Below the pieces are notes generated by a model that ran no database searches, was not told the origin of the DNA, and saw only the letters and a program-made list of their open reading frames with translations. Made by a program: the position numbers and the translations under genes. DNA of 63,742 bases, filler included, from Stramenopiles sp. TOSAG23-2 (lineage: Eukaryota): assembly GCA_900128395.1 (NCBI GenBank). It is 22 parts of 22 records of this genome, joined end to end, with 100 filler letters (N's around TTAATTAATTAA, not from the genome) between each part and the next. Parts side by side here need not be neighbours in the genome. Positions count along the whole stretch, not along the records: positions 35,967 to 38,850 come from LT651480.1; positions 38,951 to 41,830 come from LT651481.1; positions 41,931 to 44,809 come from LT651482.1; positions 44,910 to 47,787 come from LT651483.1; positions 47,888 to 50,762 come from LT651484.1; 17 more parts are not named here. The stretch is one strand, 5' to 3'. Each line of letters begins with the position of its first letter. Within the stretch, counting starts at the first letter, position 1. Below are positions 35,967 to 48,911 of this stretch, piece after piece.

Positions 35967-38850
35967 CCCACCGGGCAGGTAATGCATTGTCTGTTTTCCA
36001 GATACTGGTTTGGAGGACATGCATTGGGGCAATAATCTTCTACTCTTCCTGTTGCATTTGACATGCCAGGCTCGTTCCCATACCTTCCTGCTGGGCAGGC
36101 GAGACAGGCTAAACCCATCACCGATTGACCCTTAACAGCTCCAAACCTAGCCACGAGGCAGTCTACGCAAGCGCTAGATTCAAGGCTTCTTTCAACTAAA
36201 TTGGATAATTGTTTGCCATATTTGCCTAATGAACATGGAGTTTTCAAACCGTTGCTGCAATAAAAACCATTCAGACAGACCAAACAGTCGCTTTCAGAGG
36301 TCTGACCAACGCGTGAGCCATACTTTCCAGGTTCGCATACAAATTCACAAGCATCTTCAAGGGTGGTTGTACCTGTTGCATCTCCGTACCGACCCAGCGG
36401 GCATGTGTTAAGACATCCTTCGTCTACAGAAGAAGCTCCTGTAACATTTCCATACCTTCCGCTGGGACAAATCAGCAAGCAGGAGGTTTGACCTGTGGAG
36501 GGGTTGTATTGCCCAGTAGCACAGCTTAAACACGCTTCTGACTCCAGAATTTTGCCCGCCGCGGTTCCATAAGTACCTGTTGGACAGTCGTGACAGGCAG
36601 ATACGTTCGGACCATACTTTCCTGGTTGACATCCGACAAAGCATGCGACACCTTCGTTCGGGTTGGGCTTGTTGACGCAAATAGGGTTGGTGTACCCGTT
36701 GGAGGTGCACAGGGTTGGGGTGCATGTGGTGGGGGGGATGAATTGCTCAATACCTGCTATTTGTGTAGTTTCATTGTATCCATAAAAATTGCTTGTGTTT
36801 GTCTCTTGAACAAATTTTGTATTGATTAGCGTGATACTAGGTGTGCCATCTGTCCTTTTGTATGTCATGATTTGATGTCCTTGATTATTGCTGGCATAAT
36901 TATTGATGAACAGTGATTGACGTGATATGACAATGGCATTCCACATAGCATACAGACCGGCTCCACCACTTGTCGTCGAGTGTCGAGTTACGATATTCCC
37001 TTGCAGAGTGACACGAGTTAAGTACACTGTACCTGCACCATTGCTATTACCAGCTATTCTAATACCCCCACCAAATATTCCTGCCACATTCATCCCAACA
37101 AATGTATCAGTTATATGACCTGTTGCTTGATTTAAAATTACACCACCAGGGCCATGCTCGGCTATATTATGAATAACCCTAGATTGTTTTGTAATAGCGA
37201 GATGACCTTGACTTTGATAAACCCCTGCGCCATACTTTGCTGTATTGGATTGAATGACAGAATTGTTGAATATACATTCACTTGAATCACACATAACGCC
37301 TCCACCACCCTCAACATCATCGGCGGCAACATTTCTATAAATCCAACCACCATTCACAGTCAACGAGGAACTTAGTGCATAAATCCCACCACCTGATGTG
37401 ATGACAGTATTATTAGTGACATCCGTCTCCCGCAATATAATTATTGCCCCGTTTCTACCATAAATGCTTCCACCAACGTATGCTCCATTCGTAGCAAGCG
37501 AGGAATTAATCATGACAATTCTACCAGCGCCGCTATTGACATACACAGAACCACCACCACATCCTGAACTATCATCCCAATAAGGCCACGACATATCACA
37601 AGGAGTTCCTTGACTCACATCTCCACCCGTCATATTCAACCACCTGACCGTCAAGCTATGACCATCTACGTAAAAATGCCTACTGTTCGGAGCCGCAACC
37701 AGCTTGGTGTACACCTTCTCTCTCCCCACAATGTTCAAATCGCCCGTTAACACTACCTGGCCAGACATGTAGCAATCCTCCGTTCGTTTAAATACACCTT
37801 TGGATGCGGAACAATCCCATTCTGGTTTTGTGGTTGCGCATGTGGTGGTGGAAGGCGGCAAACCATTCTCTACCGAGACAAACTGTTTGTACTCGTTTAC
37901 AGGGCAAGTGGTAGCCTCGTCGTAGTCGCACAGCACGCCTAGGTTTCCCGTACGATTGGTGCATGTTCCAGTGAAGGGAAAGATGGTGCAGGGGTTGGAG
38001 GCGCAAGTTTGGGTTCCGCAGTAGCCGTGTGTTCCATTGCAATGTAAGTAGTCGCACAGCACGCCTAGGTTTCCCGTACGGTTGGTGCATCTTCCAGTGA
38101 AGGGGAATACGGTGCAAGGGTTGGAGGCGCAGGTTTGGGGTGGGATAAACTTGTCGGGACTGCCTCCAATGTTTTCCTGGTATCCATAAAAATTGTTCGA
38201 GCTGCTGATGTGGGTAAAGTTGATGTTTACTACTGTGAGTGATGGGGTGCCCTCTGAAGTGTTGTATGTCATAATTTGATGACCATGGTTGTTGTTTGCG
38301 TAATTGTTAATGATGGATACCCTTCGTAGTATCACTATTGCGACACCTTTCAAATATAAGCCTCCGCCTGCTTCATTACCAGCAACGTTGGAGTTTAACA
38401 TCGATGATGATAAGTTTAGAAAGCCTATATTGGCATTGTCACCACTAATATAAATGCCTCCTCCGCGACTCCCTGTATTTCCTGTAATCAGCGAATATTT
38501 GATGTTTGCATACCCCCCTCCCATAACAATGCCGCCTCCATTATGTCCTATAGCTTCGTTATTCATGATATGAGTGAAACTGATTGTGACGTGGCTACCG
38601 CCTGCTAGTAAAAGCCCACCACCCTGTGCAAGTGCAGAATTCGACACAACTTTACAGGCTTCAAGTTTTAAGGTACAATCAGACAGATGGAAAGCGCCCC
38701 CATTAGCACCTCCACCTGGACCAGCGACAGCTGAATTGGCAATGAACAAAGATGATTTGGCATGTATGTCACTCGCTTTCCCATAGATGGCACCACCTCT
38801 ACAACCTCGATTTGAAGAAAATATAGACGAATCGAGCTGTGAAATGCCGC
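35967..38850 (-). CDS. Large surface protein: PMP-like (FxxN/GGAI) beta-helix repeats + Cys-rich TNFR/ephrin-like repeats (partial at both ends)
   Basis: FSSNRGCRGGAIY, GGAFHL and GGGIY motifs. Repeated CxxGxYG...CxxCPxG. Duplicated CASNPCTxFPFTGxCTNRTGNLGVLCDY. Confidence 0.85.
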
Positions 38851-39142
38851 NNNNNNNNNNNNNNNNNNNNNNNNNNNNNNNNNNNNNNNNNNNNTTAATT
38901 AATTAANNNNNNNNNNNNNNNNNNNNNNNNNNNNNNNNNNNNNNNNNNNNCCTTGTGTGGTTGTTGTTGTTCATATCATGAAAAACACAATAATTTATAT
39001 AAAGTCTAATTGGTCATTCATATAGAAATATTTATATAATTATTACTTTGTTATATACAATTGTCTGACGATTGAAAAGATATATATCAAGAGAGAGAGA
39101 GAATTTTATTATTTTTCTTTGAAGATTGGCATTATTTAAAAT

Positions 39143-41065
39143 ATGCCTATTTTTAAAAATACTTTGTCAAAAGCTGACCAATGTATGGCAGTTGTATTGG
39201 CGTGCGTTGTTATTGATTTAATGGGATTGTCATTGACTATTCCAATATTAGCAAATTTTGCCAGGCTTGTACAAGGAGATGCACCTGGTTGCCCACCGGC
39301 AGCACTTGATGGAATAATGAATGAGACCGTTCGTCTAACAATGCTAGCTTCTGATGAATGCCAGAAGTCCGTAAATGAAATAAAAGCAAATACTGGGGTA
39401 TTATCAACAGCATATGCAATCGCTTCGTTTATATCGACATTATGGATGCCAGTTTTTTCGGATAGATTTGGTCGTCGTTTAGCAATTCTTGTTTCGATAT
39501 TTGGGAGCCTAATTGGTTTCTTAGGGCAAGGTTTAACATGCCCAGTTGCAGAGACTGCATCTGTTCCGTGTGTAGGAATACCAGGTGGATTTTACTTTTT
39601 GGTTTTTATACGCTTTTTAGGAGGATTATTTGGAGGAACGGCAACTGTTGCATCGGCATTTGTAGTGGATCTTTATCCACAAAAAGAACGTGGAAAACAA
39701 TTTGCTAAAATTGGAATTTCTGCAATTAGTGCATTTACTTTAGGACCATCTATTGGTGGTGGTTTAGCGCAATTTGGACTACGTGTTCCATTATTTGTTG
39801 CAACTGGATTTAGCCTCCTTGCAATGGTTGCTGCATATATTTACGTACAGAATGCTGAGGATTTAGGATTAGCAGATAGAAAAAAAAACGATGATTTAGT
39901 AAAAAATGAAAAAGATGTTAATATTGTTGTTGATGGAGTTGGTGAAAAAAAGGATGAGGAAAAAATTGAGAACGAAACTTTTGTTGCATGGAAAGAAATT
40001 CGAGTATGGATTATATCGGCCCAAACAATGTTTACTACATTGTCTTTCAACGGTGTCTCTAGTTTAATGGCATTGCTTTTATTGGAGCCGAGGCTTGGAG
40101 TTGTAACAACGGAAGATTCAGTGGAAGTACAAGGTAGAAAGGTTGGTTTATGGGTTTCTGCTTTTGTGCCAGCGCTTGCTGTTTCGCAAATGGTTGTATT
40201 ACTAACGCTATATCCGCAAGTTGAGAAGAAATTTGGAATATTAACGTCAGGATTCATTGGTACTACAATCATGGCGGGTGCGTTGGTATTAATGCCTTAC
40301 TTGCCCTCTGCAGCATATTTATTTATTACACAAGTACTGTTGGCACTTGGTAATGGTCTTTCAACAAATGTATCAAGTACATATTTGTCAAAATTTGCTG
40401 GAAAAGGAAATGCGGCACAGATTTTAGCATGGGGTACCAGAGCAGATACTGTTGGTAATATACTAGGCCCATTTCTAACTTATTTCTATTTAATCGATTC
40501 CATAATACCATTTTGGTTTTGTGGTATATTTGCTATGTGTGGGTCGTTGATGAGCTTTAGTTTACTGTGCTTCAAACGACATGCGAGCCATGTCGCCGTA
40601 GATGAAAAACGTGGCGAAGAAAGAACCAGTTTGATTAAGGCACGTAAAGAACATGCAACAAAAATGAAAGAATTACGAGAGTTACACGAATCAAATCGAG
40701 AAGAAGAAGCTGTATTGTTACGAGGGAAAATACATCCAGCATTTTACAGAGGATTGTATGGGGAATATACAGAACAAATGACAATCTTATCTGAACATCT
40801 CTATCAAGAACTGAGAAAGAAAAATCATATGTATATGTTAGGATCTGGAGTTGAACAGATACGGCAAAATGCTGTCACGGCGCATAAAGATTTAATTTCT
40901 AAAGTAATTAATTCCATTCCAGCGCCAAATGCAGATACAGGTGATAAAGAATTTCTTGATGGCGTTAGTATCTTTTTATCAGAATCAGGACATGAGGAGT
41001 GGGCATTAAACATACCTGGTATGACACCAGATGCATTGATTAATTTAATGAAAATTCCACATTAA
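39143..41065 (+). CDS. MFS transporter (DHA1/TetA-like) with a long soluble C-terminal tail
   Basis: Motif A SDRFGRR, RFLGGLFGG, motif C-like LGPSIGGGL, about 12 hydrophobic segments. Confidence 0.92.
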   Translation: MPIFKNTLSKADQCMAVVLACVVIDLMGLSLTIPILANFARLVQGDAPGCPPAALDGIMNETVRLTMLASDECQKSVNEIKANTGVLSTAYAIASFISTLWMPVFSDRFGRRLAILVSIFGSLIGFLGQGLTCPVAETASVPCVGIPGGFYFLVFIRFLGGLFGGTATVASAFVVDLYPQKERGKQFAKIGISAISAFTLGPSIGGGLAQFGLRVPLFVATGFSLLAMVAAYIYVQNAEDLGLADRKKNDDLVKNEKDVNIVVDGVGEKKDEEKIENETFVAWKEIRVWIISAQTMFTTLSFNGVSSLMALLLLEPRLGVVTTEDSVEVQGRKVGLWVSAFVPALAVSQMVVLLTLYPQVEKKFGILTSGFIGTTIMAGALVLMPYLPSAAYLFITQVLLALGNGLSTNVSSTYLSKFAGKGNAAQILAWGTRADTVGNILGPFLTYFYLIDSIIPFWFCGIFAMCGSLMSFSLLCFKRHASHVAVDEKRGEERTSLIKARKEHATKMKELRELHESNREEEAVLLRGKIHPAFYRGLYGEYTEQMTILSEHLYQELRKKNHMYMLGSGVEQIRQNAVTAHKDLISKVINSIPAPNADTGDKEFLDGVSIFLSESGHEEWALNIPGMTPDALINLMKIPH

Positions 41066-41245
41066 ATATTATGACCCCGTTATTCTTTGAGAGGACTTCC
41101 AAGGGACAAATAAATAAATTTTAGATCCCACACACAGTTAAATAAATTTTCTATAAAAATTCTACACACCCTTACTCCCCTCGCCCCCCTCAAAAACTTT
41201 TTTTTTTACATCTTTCGTGGTGATAATGTGTCAAATAATTTCATA

Positions 41246-41830
41246 TCATTTTTTGTATAATACTTTTCTAGTTGATCTAGATTGATTTGTATATTTCCAT
41301 TTTGGTTTTGTTGGTGATGGATGAATATCTTTTTTAGGCGAGATCTTTTTCCTTGCAACAAACTTTGGGGTTGGTAAAATATCATTATTTACGGTATTAT
41401 TGTTTTTATCCTTCAATAATCGTGGTGATGATTGATTGATTTCTAATTCTATATTCCGTTTTATTTTATTTGTTAATGGTGATGGTGTGACTATATCTTT
41501 CAATAGGACAGGGCATGGAACTCGTATTTGTACAAATTCTGGCAATTTATACCATTCTTCTAATGTCATTTCTCTTCGTTGTGATGTTGTCCTTGGAGAT
41601 CTTAATCTTATAATTGGTGATGATGATAATTCTTTTTTTTCTTTCATTATAAATGATTCAAATAAACTATTATTATTACTATTATTATCATGAATATTAT
41701 TTGTTATGGTACTCGATTCCATGAACGATGTAATTTGTGAAGCAGGTGACGGATGATATTCTATAATATGAGTCTTTGGACCTTTTTCATTGATCATTAA
41801 ATACGATGACATTTTTTGATTGAATACATA
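41246..41830 (-). CDS. Ser/Pro-rich C-terminal region of an unknown protein (probably 5' partial)
   Basis: Open to the contig edge, many SP/TP sites, coding-like composition. Confidence 0.55.
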   Translation of the reverse strand, partial: YVFNQKMSSYLMINEKGPKTHIIEYHPSPASQITSFMESSTITNNIHDNNSNNNSLFESFIMKEKKELSSSPIIRLRSPRTTSQRREMTLEEWYKLPEFVQIRVPCPVLLKDIVTPSPLTNKIKRNIELEINQSSPRLLKDKNNNTVNNDILPTPKFVARKKISPKKDIHPSPTKPKWKYTNQSRSTRKVLYKK

Positions 41831-41930
41831 NNNNNNNNNNNNNNNNNNNNNNNNNNNNNNNNNNNNNNNNNNNNTTAATTAATTAANNNNNNNNNNNNNN
41901 NNNNNNNNNNNNNNNNNNNNNNNNNNNNNN

Positions 41931-44731
41931 TTGAGAAACAAACATTGTCCAGGGGAATGGATGATATTACACGTTTTAATTTATTTATGCGGTTAGGCGA
42001 TTTTTTCTTCAGCTTTAGCCGTGATGGATATGAAGATGCGGCTGATTGCCCACCATTACAACATAGTGATTTAAGTTGGGGTGAATTAAAAGATGTCGGT
42101 GTTGCTGTTAAAGATAATAAACATGATGGTGATCATATTAAATTAGATGATACGAAAAAAATGAAAAAAAATAAAAAGAAAACCATTCATGTATCCGGTT
42201 TAGATTTACATAAAGATGGACACGGTAGTGCTAATCCAGAAGACCATGATGAAGATGGTGATGAATATTCCCATCATCCATGTTATAATTATTACCGATG
42301 GTTATGGATACAATTCCCATGGTTGCGTTTAGGTCTATACAAAGAGTGGAAGAAAAGGCAACAGAAACGAGAATTAAGCAAAAATGCAGCATTGGCCAAT
42401 ATGAATAACAAGAATAATAATGATTTAGATAGTCCAAATGGCAACAACAGTGCTTTGTATGGTAGAAATTTAACGCAACAAGAGCAAGAGGAATTGCAAA
42501 AACAACAACATGAACAATTGTTACAACAACAATTGAAACAAAAATCGGTACGAAAAGATCCAATTGTATTACGGTTGGAAAGAATAACGGAGGAACGTTT
42601 ACATAAACAAGAAGAATTGGAACGTAGAATAGAGCGTGAAGTCGAAGAAGAAGAAAATAGAGTTTCCATTGAAGCAAAATCAACATTAAAACAAATGAAT
42701 AATGAAGAGCAAAAACGACAGAGTAATAAGAAAAATTCAAGTCCATATCGTGTTAAAATGAAAAATAAATTATTGAAAAAAAAACAACAAAAGAAAAATG
42801 CGACGCCAACAAAAACAAAGAAACAAAACAAATGGGTCATTAAATTTACCCCACCTGGTGGGAAACATATTAGCAGTAATCCAGGTGATAACGCAGCTGA
42901 TAGACTTCATTTTACACAACGTGCACATGTACCACATATTAATGGGGCAAATATATTAGATTTAGATAAAAAAGATAAATTCTCGAAAAAAATATCCACC
43001 ATGTCTGGTGGCACAGTAGCACAGCGAAATGAACTCAATAAGATTTTATTGCAAAGAAGGGCAAAACAACGTGAATTGCAAACAATTGAAAATGAATTAC
43101 AAGTATTAAATGGTTTGCAAGAAGGTGAAACGTTGAGTGTTGGAAAAGCATATTCAACATTAGATAAAATCAACAAAGTGAAAGAAGAAACAGTGGAAAC
43201 CAGCACGCAATCGAAACATTACATGGCTATTATTGATATGATGGAACGTTTTCCAGCAAATAATGGTGATTGGTTGGAACAAATAGATGATATTGTAGAA
43301 AAAATGGAAAAGAAAGAAAAAAATTTAGAGAAAAATACACGTAAAGCAAATGATGAATTTAGAGTATTGATGCAAAACTTACCTGAATTTCAAAAAGAAG
43401 TGGAAAAAGAACAAAAGTTACAAGCAGCATTTATAGCGCGTTTAAGTACACAACAAGAATTGGAAGAAAAAGATAGGGAGCAAAAACAATATTTCGCAAT
43501 GCGTCAAAAAGCACTGATTGAAAGTGATATTACACGGAAACGACAAACAAAAGAAGGAAATGTGAAGAAAAAAGTCATTGTAAAAGGTACAGTAACAAAA
43601 ATACGCAAACGACGATATCAATTGAAAGTGAAACGGTGGGAAGCACGTATACAACGTTTACGAGATGCTACTGGTGGAATGGATATAGCAGATATTTTAA
43701 ATATGTTGGCAGATTTTTCACAAGATGATGTCCATTCAAATTTAAAAGGTCAAGTGGAGATGAATCAAGCAAGAATTGCACGTTTAGAAGATGCGCGTGA
43801 TCGTCTGTTGGTACATTTAAAATTAGAAATGCGAAATAAAAAACAAACCACTGCAAGTATGGCGTTGGCAAATAAAGATGAAGAGTTAACAAAAATCAAT
43901 ACACGCGTAGATGCATCGATACAGCAATATTTACATTTTCAACATTTATTGACAGAAATGCGTGCTGGTTTAGATCATATAAGTACTACGTTGCGTTTAA
44001 AAGATTGCACGGTTAATGACAATCCGTTAGTAGTATTAAAGAAAATTGAAAACGATTTAGTGGAAAAAATGTCTTTGTTGGAAAAGATTGTACCAGATTT
44101 AGTACATGTAGTTGATTTAGAAGAGACAAAGAATATACGAAAATTAATCATGCAAAAAGAACACCATATGATTGGTAAAGAATTAGGTGAGATTCAACAT
44201 GCATTATGGGAAAGTATCAGTTCATCGATACCTAAATTAAAAGATCAAGAATGGGTATCAAATAAGATACATGTTGATTTAAAACGAATGGCAGCAACAA
44301 AAGCTGGGCGTCCATATACACCAGATGTATTAGCTGATGATGAACGTTTGCCAATAGCAAGTATACCACGTCGTCAATTTACAATGGATCAAAGTAAATT
44401 AGAAGCATACAGTGGTTTAGTTAGCGGTAAAGATATGGAAGATGTTGTTGATATTGTACACGGTGGTGGTGGTGGTGGTGGTGGTGGAAGTCCACGTAAA
44501 TTTATGCCAAGGGATACTGTCATTGATCGAAAACAATTTAAATTAGCATCAAAACATGCTGCGGAAAAATATCAAGCAAAAACAAAAGCTATGATGAAAA
44601 AGAAAGAGAAGGAGGATTTAGAAAAATGGTTTGCTAATACAGGTGGTGGTGGTGGTCAAAGAAATGATCATCATGATAATCCAGAGCATCATCACCATCG
44701 TCGTCATAATAGAGGTAACACTACAATGTGA
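41931..44731 (+). CDS. Long coiled-coil protein, outer-dynein-arm docking complex (ODAD)-like segment (5' partial)
   Basis: More than 920 aa open with extended heptads. EARIQRLRDATGGMDIADIL resembles the ODA-DC xxIKEATGxxDI motif. Confidence 0.6.
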
Positions 44732-45202
44732 AGGGTTTTTAAAAAAACACTGTAAAAATTTTAATTTTTATATATGATGTTTTACGAATAACTTTATCCC
44801 AGTTCATACNNNNNNNNNNNNNNNNNNNNNNNNNNNNNNNNNNNNNNNNNNNNTTAATTAATTAANNNNNNNNNNNNNNNNNNNNNNNNNNNNNNNNNNN
44901 NNNNNNNNNGTATGTGGAGGTATGGTGATATTGATAGTGATGAGGAAGGTGGGATTTAAGCAGAGATTTTTTAGTGTTTTTACGCTAGGAGAAAATTTGT
45001 TTTTTACACAGAGAGATGTACGTATCACATGTGCATCATGTGTAATTGTGCATCTAAAAATACTGAAAAAAAATATATAAAAAATAATATTTATTATATT
45101 TATATATACTCGTACAACATACGAAGTACTTCGTATATATGCATACATCATAATATTTTAAAAATATTTTAGTTTTTCAGTTTTTCATTTTTATAGGGGA
45201 GA

Positions 45203-46606
45203 CTAAGACCACTTATCACCACTATTACCACCACCATAATACGGGTCACTACCAGGCTCGCTATAAGGGTCTACCGTGGGGCGCATAACACCACCAGAAC
45301 CACCACCACCGCCGCCACCACCACCGCCAGCTAATGGTTCAACCAAAGCGTCTCTCATAATTTCTTCACCATAAATAATTGTAAATATCCCCATTAAAGC
45401 AAATCCTAGATATGCATGGATTTCTCTATGGTGTTGTTGCGAATGATGAATAGCCATATGAGTGGTATCACTTGTATAGCCACGATTTACACGTAACATT
45501 TCTGGTTCCACTTTCATAGATATGTTTTTCATATCAAAGGTTCCTTTGCCAGAATTTTCAATTGATTTTTGTTTTGGTAGTATATCAGCATCAATAATTT
45601 CTTCTTCTTTTATGTAGTTTGTATTGACATTTTCAATTGGGACACTTTGATTTTCATGCATTATTTTTTTTTCCGTCTTGCCACTTTCTTTCTCCTGTAC
45701 TTCCTTTGTCACATCTTTCTCTTTGTCCTTTTCTACGACAACAATTGTTTTTTCCTCTTCTTGTATATTGTTTGTCTCCCCCTCTTTTGTAAGTTTTGCT
45801 TTGATGTTTTCTTCAGTAACTTCGTGCTTTATCTTATTATTATTGTTAATATTATCGTCACTTTCTACTACTATTTTTTGTTCTTCTATCGATGATTTAT
45901 CCTCTGCAACTGTAGTAGTTATTTTCTTTTCTGTGCTCAAATCTGCTTTAGACGTTTCGTTTATAATTGTATTTTCCACAATTTTCTCATCGGATACTGT
46001 TATTGAACCCCCCAAGTCCTTTTCGTTTACAGCTGTAGCTATTCTTTTCTTTTCTTTTTTTCCCTCCTCATCTTCTTCCTCGTTTTTGTCGTCTTTTCCT
46101 TTTTCATGATCATGGTAATCAAATTCTTGTTCAGATAATGAAGCATCGATATTTAAATCATTTTCAGATAATGAATCGTATTCAATTTTGATTTTCTCTA
46201 CTACTGTTGGCTCATCAATTTGTTTTGTTGTACCAATTTCGCTCTCCTCCTCCTTCTTTTGCTCTTCTTTATTTATACCATTTATAATCACAGCATTATC
46301 AACCACACTACCGTTTTCATTATCTGCTTCTCTTTCCTTATCTTCATCGTTTTTTTTTGCTGTATTTTCAGCAGCTATTCTTTTTGCTTCCTCTTCTTGT
46401 CGTTTCTTAAAAATATCTGCTAATCGCCGTGCCTTCTTTGTATGGCTTTCCTTTTTTATTACAGATTGAATTTTCTTTTTCTGGATAGGACTAGGACTGC
46501 TAATGATATCATTAATATTGTCATTAATTTCTTTTGCTTTTAATAAATCTACATCTGGGTTGACTAATAATACATTATGTTTGCGTGTATCTGGGCCAGG
46601 TGATAG
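45203..46606 (-). CDS. Glu/Lys-rich low-complexity ORF with a hydrophobic, Gly-rich tail; possibly chimeric
   Basis: The frame is open from 46606 but has no in-frame ATG near its start. Composition changes abruptly near 45510-45380. Confidence 0.5.
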   Translation of the reverse strand, partial: LSPGPDTRKHNVLLVNPDVDLLKAKEINDNINDIISSPSPIQKKKIQSVIKKESHTKKARRLADIFKKRQEEEAKRIAAENTAKKNDEDKEREADNENGSVVDNAVIINGINKEEQKKEEESEIGTTKQIDEPTVVEKIKIEYDSLSENDLNIDASLSEQEFDYHDHEKGKDDKNEEEDEEGKKEKKRIATAVNEKDLGGSITVSDEKIVENTIINETSKADLSTEKKITTTVAEDKSSIEEQKIVVESDDNINNNNKIKHEVTEENIKAKLTKEGETNNIQEEEKTIVVVEKDKEKDVTKEVQEKESGKTEKKIMHENQSVPIENVNTNYIKEEEIIDADILPKQKSIENSGKGTFDMKNISMKVEPEMLRVNRGYTSDTTHMAIHHSQQHHREIHAYLGFALMGIFTIIYGEEIMRDALVEPLAGGGGGGGGGGSGGVMRPTVDPYSEPGSDPYYGGGNSGDKWS

Positions 46607-48911
46607 CTTTGTCCATTAATCATGTTTTATATACTGTATATTTTATATGATCAATACATCTATGTACTCATGTATTGATATATATGTCGAATGATGTATA
46701 TATTTTCAGTATACAACAATGGAGAATGTATCTATCTATATCTATATATATTATAATTAGTTATGTATCATGTGTATACCAGTATACAAACATATGTATG
46801 GATCAGTTGCATCAGTTGATCCTGGTTTACTTAACTCTTCTTTAAAATAACTCTGAAGTACTCGCATTCCCATACCTTTAGCTAACAACACCATTCAGTA
46901 TCCCTGGTTCGATACAACCAATACAGTGTTATACAATAGGGTATTGATACCTCCATTTTAGTACTATCTATATTTATATGACCGATATGCAACCCTGACA
47001 CTAACACTGTTTATGTCCACACACACACCTCCACACACTTTTTTCCACCTGGATAATATCATAAAATCGGATATTCTAGCAGATTAACATATTGGTCAAT
47101 TTTGGATTTTATGAATTTTTATTTCTCTCCCAAATCTACCTATCAAATATGTATAGTATACGAAATCTATACTTATTGGAACCTCAAGATGAAATCTGGA
47201 AATCGGGTGCTCCCGCACCTTACTGTAACCTGGAAAAATGCTTAATAATGTCAAAGATACAACACGACATAAAAATACACTTGTATGTTCATCTTCTAGT
47301 TCATATGTTTTTACTCTTGATGGTTGTTTACTTGGAGTAGTTTTATCATCATCTGCGGTACCATTACCATCTTTGTTTTTATTATCTTTTTTGTGTGTGT
47401 CAAGCGATGTTGGAGGACGACAATGATACATCCACGGAACAATCTGAGCAGCGAGAAGCGAGAAGTTTGAAAACAGTGCCAAATCGTAAGGATAGAAAAG
47501 TTGTACTTGCGAAAGTTCCGATCAAATAATAAGTTGACTTTTAGCAGGCACACAGAACAGGAAACAAAATGAACAGGGACACAGCATGGAATGAAACCGT
47601 TAGCAGGGACACACAATTGTAGCATCTAAATCCCGAAGGGTGGAGGAAGAAGTGCGAAAGAAGGTGGTGCAAGGTAAAATTAAAATATACCACAATGGTT
47701 AAAATCTAAGTTAGCACGTTATAATAATTTTACTTCCCGTGGTAAATAATATGCTCAATACTCAATCACAAGAATAATATGCTAATTNNNNNNNNNNNNN
47801 NNNNNNNNNNNNNNNNNNNNNNNNNNNNNNNTTAATTAATTAANNNNNNNNNNNNNNNNNNNNNNNNNNNNNNNNNNNNNNNNNNNNATTATGATGATAA
47901 TATACAGCAGCATATATGACATTCAATATTATATACAACAATATGTATATAGATATATAATAATATATATATACACTCTATATATTCTATCTCTATGATG
48001 TTCGTGGTATTAATAGCTTTCACATCCGCTCCTCCTGCTGTGGCCTTGGATTTTCATTCTATAACACTACTAAGCAGCTCCTATTAAATTTAAAAAATCA
48101 GTGTTCACAACATGAAATTATATGTATAAATATTTATAATCTATATGATTTGAAACTACATTTTTTCCTATATCATTTATCAATGTGGTCTAGTACAACT
48201 ATCTATAGAGTTGATGAAATCACCCTATATCTAAAATGGTCAAAAATCATAATTAAAAATCCCCAAAACTACCTTTTCCTCAATCAAACAATTTGAATTT
48301 CGCGGGCTTTCTTTTCAAAAAGTTTACTATACTATAGTAATAGCATTGTAATAGATAGTGGGAACATTAATTCCTGTATCTGTGTATACGATTAAATGTA
48401 CTCGATTCACCTGTGACACCCTATCTCACTCTACTTTCTCCTTTAACTTTATTTAGCATTTCGGCACAATATTTTGATAGGAAGTATACAATCTTTTACA
48501 GTATTCTGTAGTATGGAATTGATGTAGACACCACCTAGATAGAGCTATATGTTAGCCCAGCTAACCATAGTCTATTAGGTACAATAAATCTGGTTCTGCT
48601 GCTGGCCCCCTCTGAGAACTTAAAGTAGACCTTAGAAGATGATAGAGCTATCCAGGCTATGATGATGATCTATTATTCTAATTATAATTTTAGTACAATA
48701 AATATACAAGAATACATACATACAAATAATAGATGTACGCCGTATACTGTAGAAGAAAAAGAAGAGGCACATTTAGATAGATAGATATTACATACATACA
48801 TATATACATACATATACACAGAAACGAAAAGATTCTAGTAATTGCTAATTATTGAGATCATATTGATTGATCAGAAAGAAGAAGAAGAAACACACACACA
48901 TATATATAACA

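Noticed and set aside
42231-43892. Antisense ORFs here and throughout the ORF track
   Set aside because: These are shadows of real coding strands (Phe/Leu/Ser-rich mirrors of Lys/Glu/Asn codons).
47092-47690. Overlapping ORFs on both strands
   Set aside because: Coding-like patches point in opposite directions around ~47400 with no assignable product. Possibly chimeric.
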